From the human T2T-CHM13v2.0 reference genome, Homo sapiens: 64,000 nt of DNA. The stretch lies in NCBI RefSeq assembly GCF_009914755.1, contig NC_060935.1; one strand, given 5' to 3'. The notes beneath the pieces are model-generated. The model worked only from the letters and a program-made list of their open reading frames with translations. It did no database searches and was not told where the DNA came from. This document shows, piece by piece, positions 26,596-39,325 of the stretch (the stretch's first letter is position 1; every line of letters starts with the position of its first letter). The translations under genes and the position numbers were made by a program.

Positions 26596-27384
26596 CTAAT
26601 GGCCTGCTATTGAAGAGAAGCCTTACCAGTAACAAAAACCACTGATTAACAAATATTTTGTATTTTATATGTATTATATACTGTAATATAAAGTAAGCTA
26701 AAGTAAAAAAAGTTGTTAAGAAAATCATAAGGAAGAGAAAATATATCTACTATTGACTCAGTGAGAGTGGATCATCATAAGGTCTTCATCCTCCTCGTCT
26801 TCACATTGAGTAAGCTGAAGAGATGGAGGAAGGGGATGGCTTAGTCTTGCAGTCTCACGGGTGGCAGAAGCAGAAGAAGAGGTGGAACAGGACACAGGAG
26901 AAGAAGGCACACTGCATTTATATTTGTGGAAATGCATAGTTATTTCTGTCTGACATTTTTGCTTTTCCATTTCCCTAAAATTTTTTCTAGACAGTATGAA
27001 TCTTTCTTTCACCATTTCCCTTAGTTTCAGTGCTCATATCATAGAATGGTCTTTGTTGTAAAACAGGTCAAAAGCTGCTTTGAAAAATCAGAATCTTTCT
27101 GCCAAATTATAATGCCAATTTGTGCTCTGGCACTACTTCTTCTACATCTTCTTCCTCATCATTTGGAACTGGTTCAGAAGCACACATCTCTATCAAGTTT
27201 TCATCTGTTAATTTCTCTAATGTGCAATTAGCTCTTGAATTTTTATAAGATCCATATCTTAAAGTTATTCACTTTTTTTGCAATATCTACAATCTCTTTC
27301 ATTATTTTCTTGATTGGCTTTTTCATAAACGCTGGTGAAGTCATGGACAACTTCTGGAAACAGTTTTCTCTAGCAGAAATTTAT

Positions 27385-27494
27385 CGGGGTCTTGTTATGT
27401 TGCCTAGGTTGGCCTTAAGCTCCTGGACTCAAGCTATCCTTCCACCTCAGCCTCTTTAGTAGCTGGGATCATAGGCCCATACCACTGCACCCAA
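27385..27494 (-). mobile_element. FLAM/Alu monomer nested in Tigger2
   Basis: ggggtcttgttatgttgcctagg...ctcaagctatccttccacctcagcctc. Confidence 0.8.
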
Positions 27495-29532
27495 AATCAT
27501 GGCTTTTAATTTTTTAATATCAATGATGTCATTTTCAGTGGTGTAGCCCTTCCAGACTTTCATGATGTCATCTCTATCGATGGTCTCTTCCTTGGCATTC
27601 ACAAATCTTTTCATAGAGTAACATGTGTAATGAGCATTGAAGTTCTTTCTGACCTCCTGATTCAGAGGCTGAATTAGAGACGTTTCATTTGGTGGCGAGT
27701 AGACCACTTTGATTTTTTGCAAATTGAACTAATGAGGTTTTGGGTAGCCAGGGGCATTGTCCAACATCAAAAGAATCATAAATGGGCAGTCCCTTATTGG
27801 CAAAATATTTTCTGACTTCAGGGACAAAGCATGAAAGGAATCAATAGAGAAAAAGTGCTCCCATTGCACAGGCATTCTTGTTGTCCAACCAAAACACTGG
27901 CAGCTAGTGTTTACCATTTCTGTTCAAGGCTCAGGGCTTAGTAGCTTTATAGATAAGAGCAGTCCTGATGATAAACCTGACTGCATTCCCATGAAACAGT
28001 AAAATTAGCTTATCCTTTTCTATTTTAAATCCTGGTGCTTGCTTCTATTTCTTACTAACAAATGGCCTTTTTGGCATCTTTTTTTCTAGACTAGAACATT
28101 GTCACCTGTATTCAAAACCTGTTCCAGTAGTATAGTTTCTCTTCAATGATTTTCTTAATAGTTTCTGGGAACTAATCTGCTGCCTCTTGATAACCAAAAG
28201 CTGCATCCCCTGATGTCTTGACATTTTTAATGCAAAAGCACTTTAAATTATCAAACCATCCTTGGCTATCATTCAAGTATCCACCTTTAGATCCTTCCCC
28301 TTTCTTTTCCTTTAAGTTGTATAAAATAACTTCATTTTTTCTGGAATCATATTAGAGTCTATAAATATACCTTTCATATGAAAATTCTGCCACCACTTAC
28401 ACCCTTCAATTTCAATACAAGATTAAAAATTGTTTCACTATAGTGCAAGATTTTGGCACTGGCAGGCACAGTGCAGTGATAGCTTTATTATCTCCTTTTA
28501 TTTTTTTACATTGGTCTTCATTCTGTATTCATTTATCTTGAAATGGTGAGCAGCCACAAATCCAGATCTCAATCTACAGTACATATCAAACAGTTCTACT
28601 TTTTCTTGTAATGTCATGACATTGCTTCTTGGGAACATTACACCATCAGTATTGGTATGTTGTCTGGACCCCGTGCTGTTATTCGAGAATTATGGTGTTG
28701 CAGTAAATGCAACGAAAAATACATTAAAAACCCAAGGATACTGCTTTTTATAGCAATATGAAATTTACTGGAGATACAAACTGCTGATGTAGAGATAATG
28801 AGTGTCACATGGCATTTTAAGCAGATACAAAACTTGAGTTCACTGAAATAGCAGCAGGAAATGGCTATGAAAATATGGGAGTACAGTATCCATGGTTAAT
28901 TTTGTGCAGTTAGGATTTAATACTGTATCTTTATATTTGTTTACATTTCTCTTTTCAAGTGGTACTATGTTTTATCTATGAGTGCATAAACTTTGATAAA
29001 CTTTAGCTTTCTATAATAGATTTGTGTATATTTTATAATATAGTAGTAAATGATAAAATAGACTTAACATCTCCATAAATTTTGTGCATTTTTTACATAC
29101 CTAACTTAATTTTTCAGTATTTCTAGTGTAGATGATTTGTGATTTTCTTCAAATTGTAGCAAATCTCCTAAATTTTTCCAATATGTTTATATGTTTATAA
29201 AATGCATGTATAAGCAGACCAAGGCATTTCAGATACTTGTTGTTTATGGGTTAATACTAATTTATCTAGATTGCAAAATCAAAGCAGAAATGAGAGGCTG
29301 AAAAATTTGAGAAGGCTTCACAGGTATGAAGGATGGAATGAGAAACTCTGAGATATAGCTGATCAACTTACCAGAAAGACAGACGAGAGAGAATAGAAAA
29401 GACAAAATATTTAAAGCAAATTTTTCAGAACTGGGGAAAAATATGTGTCCACTGATTGAAGAAGCACAATGTATCTGTAATAGGATAAGTTCAAAGAATA
29501 ACTGCTTTCTAACAGCCCTCTGAGTTCGGCAT

Positions 29533-29991
29533 TGTGATGAGTTGAATTGTGTACCATAAAAACATATTGAAGGCCTACACCCCAGTTACTCAGAATGTGC
29601 TCTTATTAGGAAATAGGGTCCTTGCAAATATAATCAGTTACAATGAGTTTATTTTGGATTAGTGTAGGGCCATCAGCCGGAACAACTCATGTTCATACCA
29701 AAGAAAAGGGGCTCTGGAGCAAAGACAGACAGGAAGAGCAACATGTGAAGACACAGACTCACAGAGGGAAGGCAGCAATATAATGACAAAAGCAGAGAAT
29801 AGAGTGATGTAGCTGCAAACAAGGAACACCAAGATTGATTGAGGCAACCAGTAGTTAGGATGGCGGCCATGGCCCTACTCTACTGACACCCTGATTTCAA
29901 ACTTCTTGCCTCCAAAACTGAGAGAATGCATTTCCAGTTAAACCTCCCTGTTTGTGGTGATTTGTCATGGCAGCCCTAGGAAATGAATACA
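29533..29991 (+). mobile_element. MLT1-family solo LTR
   Basis: tgtgatgagttgaattgtgt...gcagccctaggaaatgaataca. Confidence 0.85.
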
Positions 29992-32513
29992 GGTATTATT
30001 AGTTCCATTTTGCAGATGAGAAAACAGATTCTCAGAGAGATTGATGACTTAGCCAATGGAGTGAGGAGCAACCTCACCTCATGGATCTATAATCTGAAAA
30101 TGGAACAACAACCACATGTGCTAGAACAGAAGTAAAAACTGGTGACCCACAGAGTCCATCATAAGCCCAGTGATATTTCTTTGGCTCTCTCAGATGTGAT
30201 TTATCTTGACATTGAATTAATTATCAGAGGTAAAAAATTGTAAGATTTCAAATAAAGTGTTTCATTCCAGGCCTCTGTTGCTTGAATTTCAACATGGAAA
30301 GTGTTGCCTGGTACTGAGTCCTTGATGACGCATTCATTATGCCTTCTGATTTTTCCTGCGTTCACCTAACCTGATTAACTTAATGTGTGTTCTCTGCCAA
30401 GCCTATATGGTGTTGGTATTTGTGGCCTCTGCCTGGGAGACCTGAGATTAGACTTACAGTCTGTAAATTTTATTAAGATTATTATTAAAAATTATTATTA
30501 ATCTCACCAATTTACACTGATATAATGATTTGTATGATCATTGACTTCAAGTCTCATTTCTCTATCTGTCAACTACCTGCCTTGGAGAATTGTTGGATTA
30601 AATTTAATGTCTGAAGAACAATAATACCTATTGAACAGCACAAATGTAGTAATGTTACCTCTTATCTCAATATGATTCTTCACATATCTGTAATGCTAGA
30701 AAAATATATGTTACATACGAGAAAATTTTTCGTAAGGAAAAGCAACAGCATTTTTCCACAAGGATTTCAAAACATTGAGTAAATGTATCTATTTCAAGGG
30801 AGACGGGAGGGTAAAAGGATGTAATAACTATATTGATTAAGAAAAGAAAGGAAATTTAAGGGATAAATAATGCAACATAAGTTTCATAAGCAATGTAGTA
30901 TGTGATGTTTATTTTCACTATGTAACTCAGAAAAATCATTGTCATCACATAACACACCACTTCAACCCTCCTGACTTTAGTGCTGTTGTAGTGGGGACTC
31001 CCCCTCATGTGGTTGTTGTCACACATCAAGCCACTGTGCTTCAGGTTCTTTCTGCTTTGAAGATCGAAGATGTTCATCAAAGGACTGAGGACTGTTTAGC
31101 TGTGCATATGTGGGTCCAGAATTGTAGGAGAGGGAGGACCTTCTCCTGGGGGCTAATTTCAACCAATGAATGGCATTAGTCCATTGATGAATGTCTCTAA
31201 TTCCTCATCTTCTAGTAAGGTAGAATCTACATAATTGTAGACAATCCTGAAGAAAGACTGGAACCCAGTTTCTCAGAGCAGTAATGAATTCATTATTGCA
31301 TTTTTTTGGAATATTATCTTTCTTTCATCTCCCTTCCCCACTCCCTCACTTCTGCTTTTTGGAAATACTTTCCAAATAATACTTACAGTCAAGTGGCTGA
31401 CTCCTCCTATTTCATGGTCAACCAAATTGCGTCATTATCATCATCAACATCACCACTATCATTGTTGCCATCATTATCTTTATTGAGCAATTTAAGTATG
31501 AACAGAACTATAATTAGTTTTCTACATATATCATGTCATGTAGTTCTTACTATATTACAAAATTGCTAGGCTTAACTCTCCTTACTCATAAAACTCTGTA
31601 GCTAAGTTAATTACACATATAATCACACATCTAATATCAAGTATGGGGCAGAAGAAGCCCAGGCCTTGAAACAGCTCCTTCATTCCCGTGATGTCGAAGT
31701 GAGCCCCATTCCTTGGAGTCAGATAGTCAAACTTTGTATTGCTTATAATGAGAGCCAGGTATTTGCAGATCTTTCTGTTTTTTTTTTTATTAGATTGATC
31801 TGCAGGAGATGGAGATGAAATGACTTTGATTACCTGAGTCTCTTTTCAATCTCCATATGTTTCACAATTTTGTTTTTTTAAAACCTCGTATAGCTGCCCT
31901 CTTCCCTAACCTCTATCAAAAGACACTGCTTTCCTCTCTCTCAAGAGCCCAGAGCAAGAACCAGGACATATCTGGATGATTAGTCAAGAATCTTAAAGAA
32001 ACTAGAATAATTCCTACTCCCTTTCTTCTTATTTTTCTTCTGCATCTACTCAAACATTTCTTATATTCAGGTTCAAATCAAATTTCATAAAAACTGAGAG
32101 ATGTCATCTGCACCAGTAAAAATGAATATAGCAGAGGTTGTTTGCCTTCCATATTATGATTATATTTATACTATTTAAAAAATATCAACGTACTGTTTTT
32201 TAAGCTTTAATTATATTTTTCAAATATGCTTCACATCTAGGCTTTTCAACCAGAGTACAAATAATTATTACTCAGCTATGCTATCATGTAACTATTTTTC
32301 TTCTGTGACTATAGCTGAAATTGTAATATATCTCAAATAGATACAAGAATCAATAAATGAAAAAATGATGAATCTACGTTTTAGCATGGGTTGAATGAGT
32401 ATTGGTATCTTTTTGAAGCCATATGAACCCTTCCTTGCTGAAAGCATCTATGATAAAGGTTACTACTGTCATCACCCCCAGTCACTTAGTGCTTTAAGTA
32501 TTTGTGCATTTAT

Positions 32514-32798
32514 GGCTGGCACTGTGGCTCCAGCCTGTAATCTCAGTGCTTTGGGAGGTGAAGGCAGTGGATCTCATGAAGCCAGTATTTAGAGATCAAT
32601 CTGGGCAACACAGTGAGACTATGTCTCTACAAGAATTAAAATGATCAGCCTGGCATGGTGGTGTGCATCTGTAGTCCTAGCTGCTTGAGAGGCTGAGGCT
32701 GCAGAATCTCTTGAGCCCATGTGTTCAAGACAGCAGTCAGCTATGATCACACCATGGCACTCCAGGCTGGGCAACAGAGCAAGACCCCATTAAAAATA
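32514..32798 (+). mobile_element. AluJ-like element
   Basis: ggctggcactgtggctc...cagctatgatcacaccatggcactccaggctgggcaacagagcaagacccc. Confidence 0.88.
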
Positions 32799-33387
32799 GT
32801 GCATTTAATGAAAGCAATTGATTCTCTCCTTTTGTCCATTTCATGAACAGAGCACAGCATCTCTCCAGGTTTTTCTTTACGGTCTCAATAATTCTTCTTG
32901 AGGACAAAGCTTGAGAGTATTTGTAGATTCTGCTGATTCAGGTGGTCCAGCTTTGATTTGTGGAAGAGCTGTGGGATATCACACAATATAAATGATGTCT
33001 TCTGCCTCTGTGACCCAGGTTATCACCTAAGAAAGTTGAGACAGAGAGAAAGAGAGAGAGAAATCCTAGGAAAAAGACTTCTTTGCCTGTAGGGATTATA
33101 GCTGTGCTTAACTTCCAGCTTAAGGAAATGTATTGTTCTTGAAGAAGAAAAGGGAATTCCCTGATAAAGAAAGCAGAAATCTCCCTCCATCCCTCCACAC
33201 ACAAAAAATGCAATCACAGATTCTGATCATTCTGCAAAAAAAATCTTGATGATTTAGGGTTACATTTGGCCTTCCTCTATTCAGAAAAACAGTTTGATTT
33301 TTCCAGTGGTTTTACTGTATGGTACTGATTCATCCATGTGGACTTTCTACTGTGTCTGGGCAAGAGTGTACTAAATAAATACCTGTT

Positions 33388-33585
33388 CAGAGTGCTATCT
33401 ATTTGAAATACAATGTGAGTTCCACATGCAATATTAAATTTTGTAATATCACATTTACAAAAGGTATAATTAATTTCAATAATATATTTATTATAATTTA
33501 TACAAAACATTACTCTATCAACATGTGCCACTAGCCACAAGTTAAGTACTTAATAGGTACATGTGGCTACAAAACTGGATGAGAC
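33388..33585. mobile_element. MER3/MER33-like hAT MITE
   Basis: cagagtgctatctat...ccactagccac...tacatgtggctac. Confidence 0.5.
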
Positions 33586-34575
33586 AACATTCCATTTTGG
33601 AGTAATAGTCCCCTCCTAGTCCACACCACACACAGATACATATATACAGCAAACACTTAACAGAATATTGATTTCTGTACCATCCTGGTATTTTAAAAGC
33701 AAACTTTAAGTGAATGACTAACTTTTCTAGAAGAAACGGGTTTCAGATATCTTTTAACAAATTTTGAAATCAGCTATTCAAAGAAGAAATGTTGTCTAGT
33801 GACAATAGTACTGTGTCCAAGGTCAAAGGGACAAATATTTGTACGAGATTCTGACATAAATGTGGACGTCTTGCCTCCAAAGTGCTGAACAACCAACACT
33901 AAGTTTTTTACCTTGTGTTTTATAATGTGAGGAAATAATATATCTCTTTTGGATAAGTTTGTAATAGTCATTCTGATCTATCCCCTTGTGAAATATAATA
34001 TTCATCTCTTTTGACTGATATTGTGCAAGAAACTGGGAGATTCTTGAGCCTTCCTTCTGGAAAAGAAAAAAGAATTCATGCATACAAATTAGAAGAAAAG
34101 TTTACTAAGATATAATAACAAGGTTTCTTTTCATGAAAAGAATGGACAGGCATAGTATTTATGTTTGGTTACATGACCCAATCAAGACATAGGAACTATG
34201 AGTAAAGTACTATTATCCTGTCTACAATTTATATTGTTTTGTTATATTTCATGTATTTTTTCTATTTCAATCATTTGTTTCCATTCGTTTTTAATGATAT
34301 TTTAGAAAAAATATCTTGCTAAAGTGTATGATAAAAACCTGATCTCTGGGGATGCAACAAGTTTTAAGAGTATGTAAGGAAACCAAACCTTCTAAGCATA
34401 TATTTCTTCATAGATTAAACAGTGACATATGTTCCTCCTTCTCATTTCAGAAAGTTCTGCCAATGTGAAGACATCCAGGGTCCTGATATATTCCAGGTCT
34501 GGAGGTATGTTTTCCTGTTCACAGGTTTGGAGAATTTCCTAAGTTAATAGTCATCTTTTAATGACCTTTATGCAT

Positions 34576-34677
34576 CTAGATAGATAAATAGATAGAGAGA
34601 TAGAGACATAGATATAGATGCATCTATATATGCATCTGTATATCTATCTATCTATCTATCTATATATATATATATAA
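34576..34677. repeat. (TAGA)n/(TCTA)n/(TA)n simple repeat with a central palindrome
   Basis: Read directly; perfect 18-bp palindrome at 34612-34629. Confidence 0.85.
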
Positions 34678-36879
34678 AGTGATTTTAGGTAAAATAAAAA
34701 TTAGACAAAATTTCTCTCATATCCTATAGTAAAGTTAGCATGAAAATGGTTATTTTATTACAATATTATAAATATTATAGTGCAGATTGCTGCCCAAAGA
34801 GAGTTTCTATTAGCCTAGCAGTACAACAGAAAGAAATGTGGAAATCAGGAGTTTAGATAAGCACTTCAATTTGAGTCTTATCTGTTATGTAATGAAATAG
34901 GACTCTCTCAGGAATCTCCCCTGGAATCTCTTTACATTGAGACAAAAAGAGAGGGAGTGGTATAGGGTCAGACAAACAATTGCCATGGCATGTAGGGGTT
35001 TACATGGCTATGTCTCTGACTAAATCACAGTCTTGGAACTGTGATTTCTATATACTGCATAATATATGTATATTATGTGTGTATCTATATATTATATTAT
35101 ATATAATATTTTATATATATATATATGTTGGTTTGTTAAATGAAACAAACAAATAGCTAGGATTCTTCTTATCCTGAACTTCAGAATCCAATGCTGTGCT
35201 GGAAAACCTCAGAATTATAACCATATCCAAAGGCCTGGCCAAGGCCTAGACCTCTTCTAATAGCCTTGTTAACCTGCTTCCTGGTCTGCTGGGCTAGTGT
35301 CCCTAAAACGTCCTGGGATCCATCACTCTGGAGAATCCAAATGCAGATAGAGTGCAGGGAGCCACTGGACCCCTGCTGCAGGTATCTGCAGCTACCTCCT
35401 TCCTGCCACAACCTCTGCTGATCAGAAAGGTTATTTAATTTTGGAATTTAGTGCTCATTATATATGAGAATTGTATGTGATAAATAATATATAATTATTG
35501 GTAAACTCTAGTAGTTCAGGGCTGCAGATTTCAGTGTAATTCTATGGAAAATTTTGTCTATCCCTGAAAAACATGGATCTGAGAATATTTAAACTCTAAT
35601 AATACTCATAATATAATCTTACAGTCAAAAGTTTTAAAAAGTTATAAAATTTAAACATTTTATAGGAGTTCCCCAATCATATTTTTTTAATTCACAGAAA
35701 TGAGTAAACACTGAAAAATTCCAATTTGTAGCATCCTAATAATAATTAGGAAAACTACTCTTTATTGCATGCATACACTTCATCTGTTTATTCATCACAT
35801 ATTAATTACGTATCTGCTATGTGCCAGGATCTCTAGTACTTACTCCTATTAATTATTGAAGAAACTAGTTACATTCTGGTGGCAGAAACTTAGTACATTT
35901 TAGCTCTTTTTACTTAAATGGAAAAGGGTTAAAAGTGGAACAGGTTTGTTCTGGAAAACAAAATGGTTAATTTCAGCTGTATTCATTTTGTGATGCCAGT
36001 GAAACACTCTAGTGGAATTGTTGAATATGCTGCTACAGCCAAATGAATCTGGAGCTCCAAGGAGAGAGTTCTGGATGAGGCCTAATATCTTGGAAGTTGT
36101 TGGTATGTGATGCCTGGCATTATATTGCCTCTAGCTTTACATAGTCTTATGAAAAAGGACTGGAATTGTCCCTGCTTTATATGTGGTAAGACTGATGATT
36201 AGTCAGCTACAGCGTTTAAGATACATGCAGGAAGACATATACTTTACTGACAGAATCTAGGTTTAGATTTGAGTATCTCTTACTACAAAGCATCTACTAT
36301 TAATTATTTCTATGAACAGTCTGAACCTGAGGACTCAGCCTTTTAGCCAGTTGGAAACTGGATCCCACCCCACAAAAGGCAAGGTAGTCCCTTAAAGAAC
36401 AATCACAGGTTTAATGAAAATGACAGATTTGTAAAGGAAGGATAGAGAGATCACAGAAGACACTGCATGGGCCTTGGAGTTGAATAGAGTCTAAAAAAAT
36501 GGAGATATCCATTGTAAAATACCAGTCTTACCTTTCATACTGGTGGACTTTTGGTACGTATTAAGTAGGGTCTCGATAGACTTTTGTCCAGCCACATGGT
36601 TCTTTAGCACATTGTCTAGCAAGATGAGGGCTTTGTCTTCAATTTCGGCATAATATTTTTTCTTTTCCTTTCTCTTCAATATCAGAACTTTTTTTCTTCA
36701 CAAGTTATTCAAATTGTCATGAAGAATACCATGGCCCCCACACCTCCTTCTGTTCATCCTTTCTTCTGATCTGTCAGTTTTTCTACCTCAGCTAATCTAA
36801 AATACATGTCCTGAATGAGTAAAATTTAACTAGTCTCCTTGCATTTTCCCGTAATAATTAACCAAATAGTTTACATTTC

Positions 36880-37695
36880 ACTTTTTGTTTTCATTTCAAT
36901 TGTTTTTTTAGATTCAGGGATACACACGCAGGTTTGTTAAAAGGGTATATTATGTGATGCTGAAGTTTGGGGTATGATTTAACCCATCACCTAGGTAGTG
37001 AGAGTAGCACCCAGTATATAGTTTTTCAGCTCTTGCCCTCCTCCTTCACTCCTTCCTCTAGTTGCTCCCTGTGTCTATTATTTCCATCTTTATGTCCATG
37101 AGTGCCTACTATTTAGCTACCACTTATAAGTCAGATCATGTGGTACTTAGTTTTCTGTTGCTGTATTAATTTGCTTAGGGTAATGGGCTCCAGTTGCATC
37201 CATATTGCTGGAAAGTATAATATTTGAATTTATATGGCAGTGTACTATTCCATGGTAGGTATGTACCAATTTTATTTTTATCCAATCCACTATTGATGGG
37301 CACCTGGGTTGATTCTACGATTTTGCTATGGTGGATAGTGCTGTTGACAAACATCTGAAAGCATGTGTCTTATTGATAGTACAGTACATTTTCCTTTGGG
37401 AATTTAGCCAATAATGGGATTACTTGGTCACATGATAGTTCTGTTTTTAGTTCTTCGGTAAATCTCCAAACTGCTTTTCACAAAGATGGAGGCATCACAT
37501 TCCTGGACTTCAAGCTATACAAGTCTACAGTAACCCCACAGCAAGGTAATGGTACAAAAAAACAGACACATAGACCAATGGAACAGAATAGAGAACGCCA
37601 AAATAATACCACACACCTGTAACCAACTGATATTTAACAAAGTCAACAACAACAAAAAAGAAATAACGAAAGGATTTTTTATTCAATAAATGTAT
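36880..37695. mobile_element. Paralogous copy of the same inverted L1 insertion
   Basis: 37240-37695 aligns to 1-475; minus-strand L1 3'UTR begins at 36880. Confidence 0.85.
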
Positions 37696-39088
37696 TTCTT
37701 GTTTAAACTGTGCTGAGAAATCATGACGGTGTCTTCTCCTCCACATCTCCTGGTCATCCTACCTTTTGATTGGAGATCATTCGGAAGGAATCCCCTTACT
37801 CCCGGGAAAGCTTTCCTTCAACTGCCTAAGATTGCATTAACAGTTAATTTTTACGGAAGGTGACAATTTACTTCTGCTTTTTGATACTCTCTGAGCAAAG
37901 ACTGATCACAGATATAGTCTCAGGTTGTAGTAGAATATGCATGATAGTACAGAAAAGATATGCCCAGACAGTTAATAAAAGGCCAGAAATAAGGGGGTCT
38001 GTAATGTGTTCAACTATGAAGATTTTTAAAAGGTCAGATATTCACTTTGATTTATAGGTTAAAGATTAGAAAAGGCTCATATTTGCAGGAGAAATGGTAG
38101 TTCTTCGAATCCTCCCTAAATCTTAACATCCCTGAGTGAATGATTTCACCCCAAACTTGTTTTATCTGCACCATGCAGGGACTTCACTGCGCACACCATG
38201 GATCCTAGAGTTTCTTCAGGGTGTCATGCACTGTCTGCCAAGCGCTTCATTTTTGATGGCTGTCTTACCTTTGCAAGAAGTCTGTCAACTACTAAGGGTC
38301 TAGAGTTAATTCAAAATTTACTTTCTCTCTCTTAAATACCTTAACAAAGAGTAGAAATATGCAGGTTCTACTCATGGATTTGTCAGTAGTGAACTGTGGG
38401 ATTTGGGAAAAGTCTCTTATCACACTGCACTGTCACTGTCATAACTATCTGTCTTCTCCCCATCTCTCCTGCTGAGCTCCAAATTTTTTGAAGTCAGGTA
38501 CCTGTGGTAATTTGTATCTGCATCCCTAAAGCAGAAACCCCAGCAAATGGTTTTTCGAATGAAAAAATGGTGCTAATACGCAGTTCAGGTCTTATGAATT
38601 AAGCCTAACATTCTAAATTCAATACTTCCTCTGATTTCCAACCTCTGTTTCTCCACTGTGGAAAGAAACTGAGGACACGTTTTTATTTTTATATCAAATT
38701 TATTAAAATATTCAAAAAAGTCTATTATTAAACAGATATAATTCCAAAAACCATTATAGAATGAAGGAAGCCTTGGTTATCTATGGGGGGGATAAAAAAA
38801 ACATAAAAGAGAATTTTGCTAAAAGAAATGTAAGTAATAAAGTTATACCACCAATGAGAACACACACAATCTTAAAAGGAAAGACTGCATGCTATTTTAA
38901 AATGTTACCCTGCTGAGGTGAAGGGGAGAAATATCTAAAAGTGAGGGTTCATAGTCTTACGGCCACTTCTAGGTTCCTATCAGCCGACACTCAGAAAGAG
39001 TCTAAAAGAAAAACTTTGGAAGAAGAGCAGCGTGCTCTGCAGTGACCAGAAGAAAGGCATTACTTCAGTATTTTCTGTATATTATACT

Positions 39089-39325
39089 ATGGATTGATTA
39101 TCCCTTATCCAAAACGCATGCTACCAGAAATATTTTGAATTTCAGATATTTTTGTATATTGGAATATCTGCATTATATTTACTGGTTTAGCGTCCTTATT
39201 CCAAAATCCTAAAATTTAAAATGCTTCTATAAGCATTTCCTTTGAATATTATGTGGGTTCTCACACAGTTTTGGATTTCAGATCATTTCAAAATTTAAAT
39301 TTTTGGATTAAAAATTCTAGGCCTG
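39089..39325 (+). mobile_element. Tigger4a paralog
   Basis: Aligns to 1989-2224. Confidence 0.78.

Larger units (their letters stand above)
31657..36736 (-). pseudogene. Truncated unprocessed CASP4/CASP5-like pseudogene (3 exon remnants)
   Basis: 36532-36736: [40 protein letters not shown]...[13 protein letters not shown]|gtaag (CASP5-like CARD); 32861-32968: [28 protein letters not shown] (frameshift, donor GT->AT); 31657-31799: [34 protein letters not shown], then truncated. Confidence 0.9.

Noticed and set aside
35181-35411. 76-aa ORF in a locally GC-richer patch of the CASP5-like relic
   Set aside because: No recognisable homology, no ATG start, no convincing splice context.
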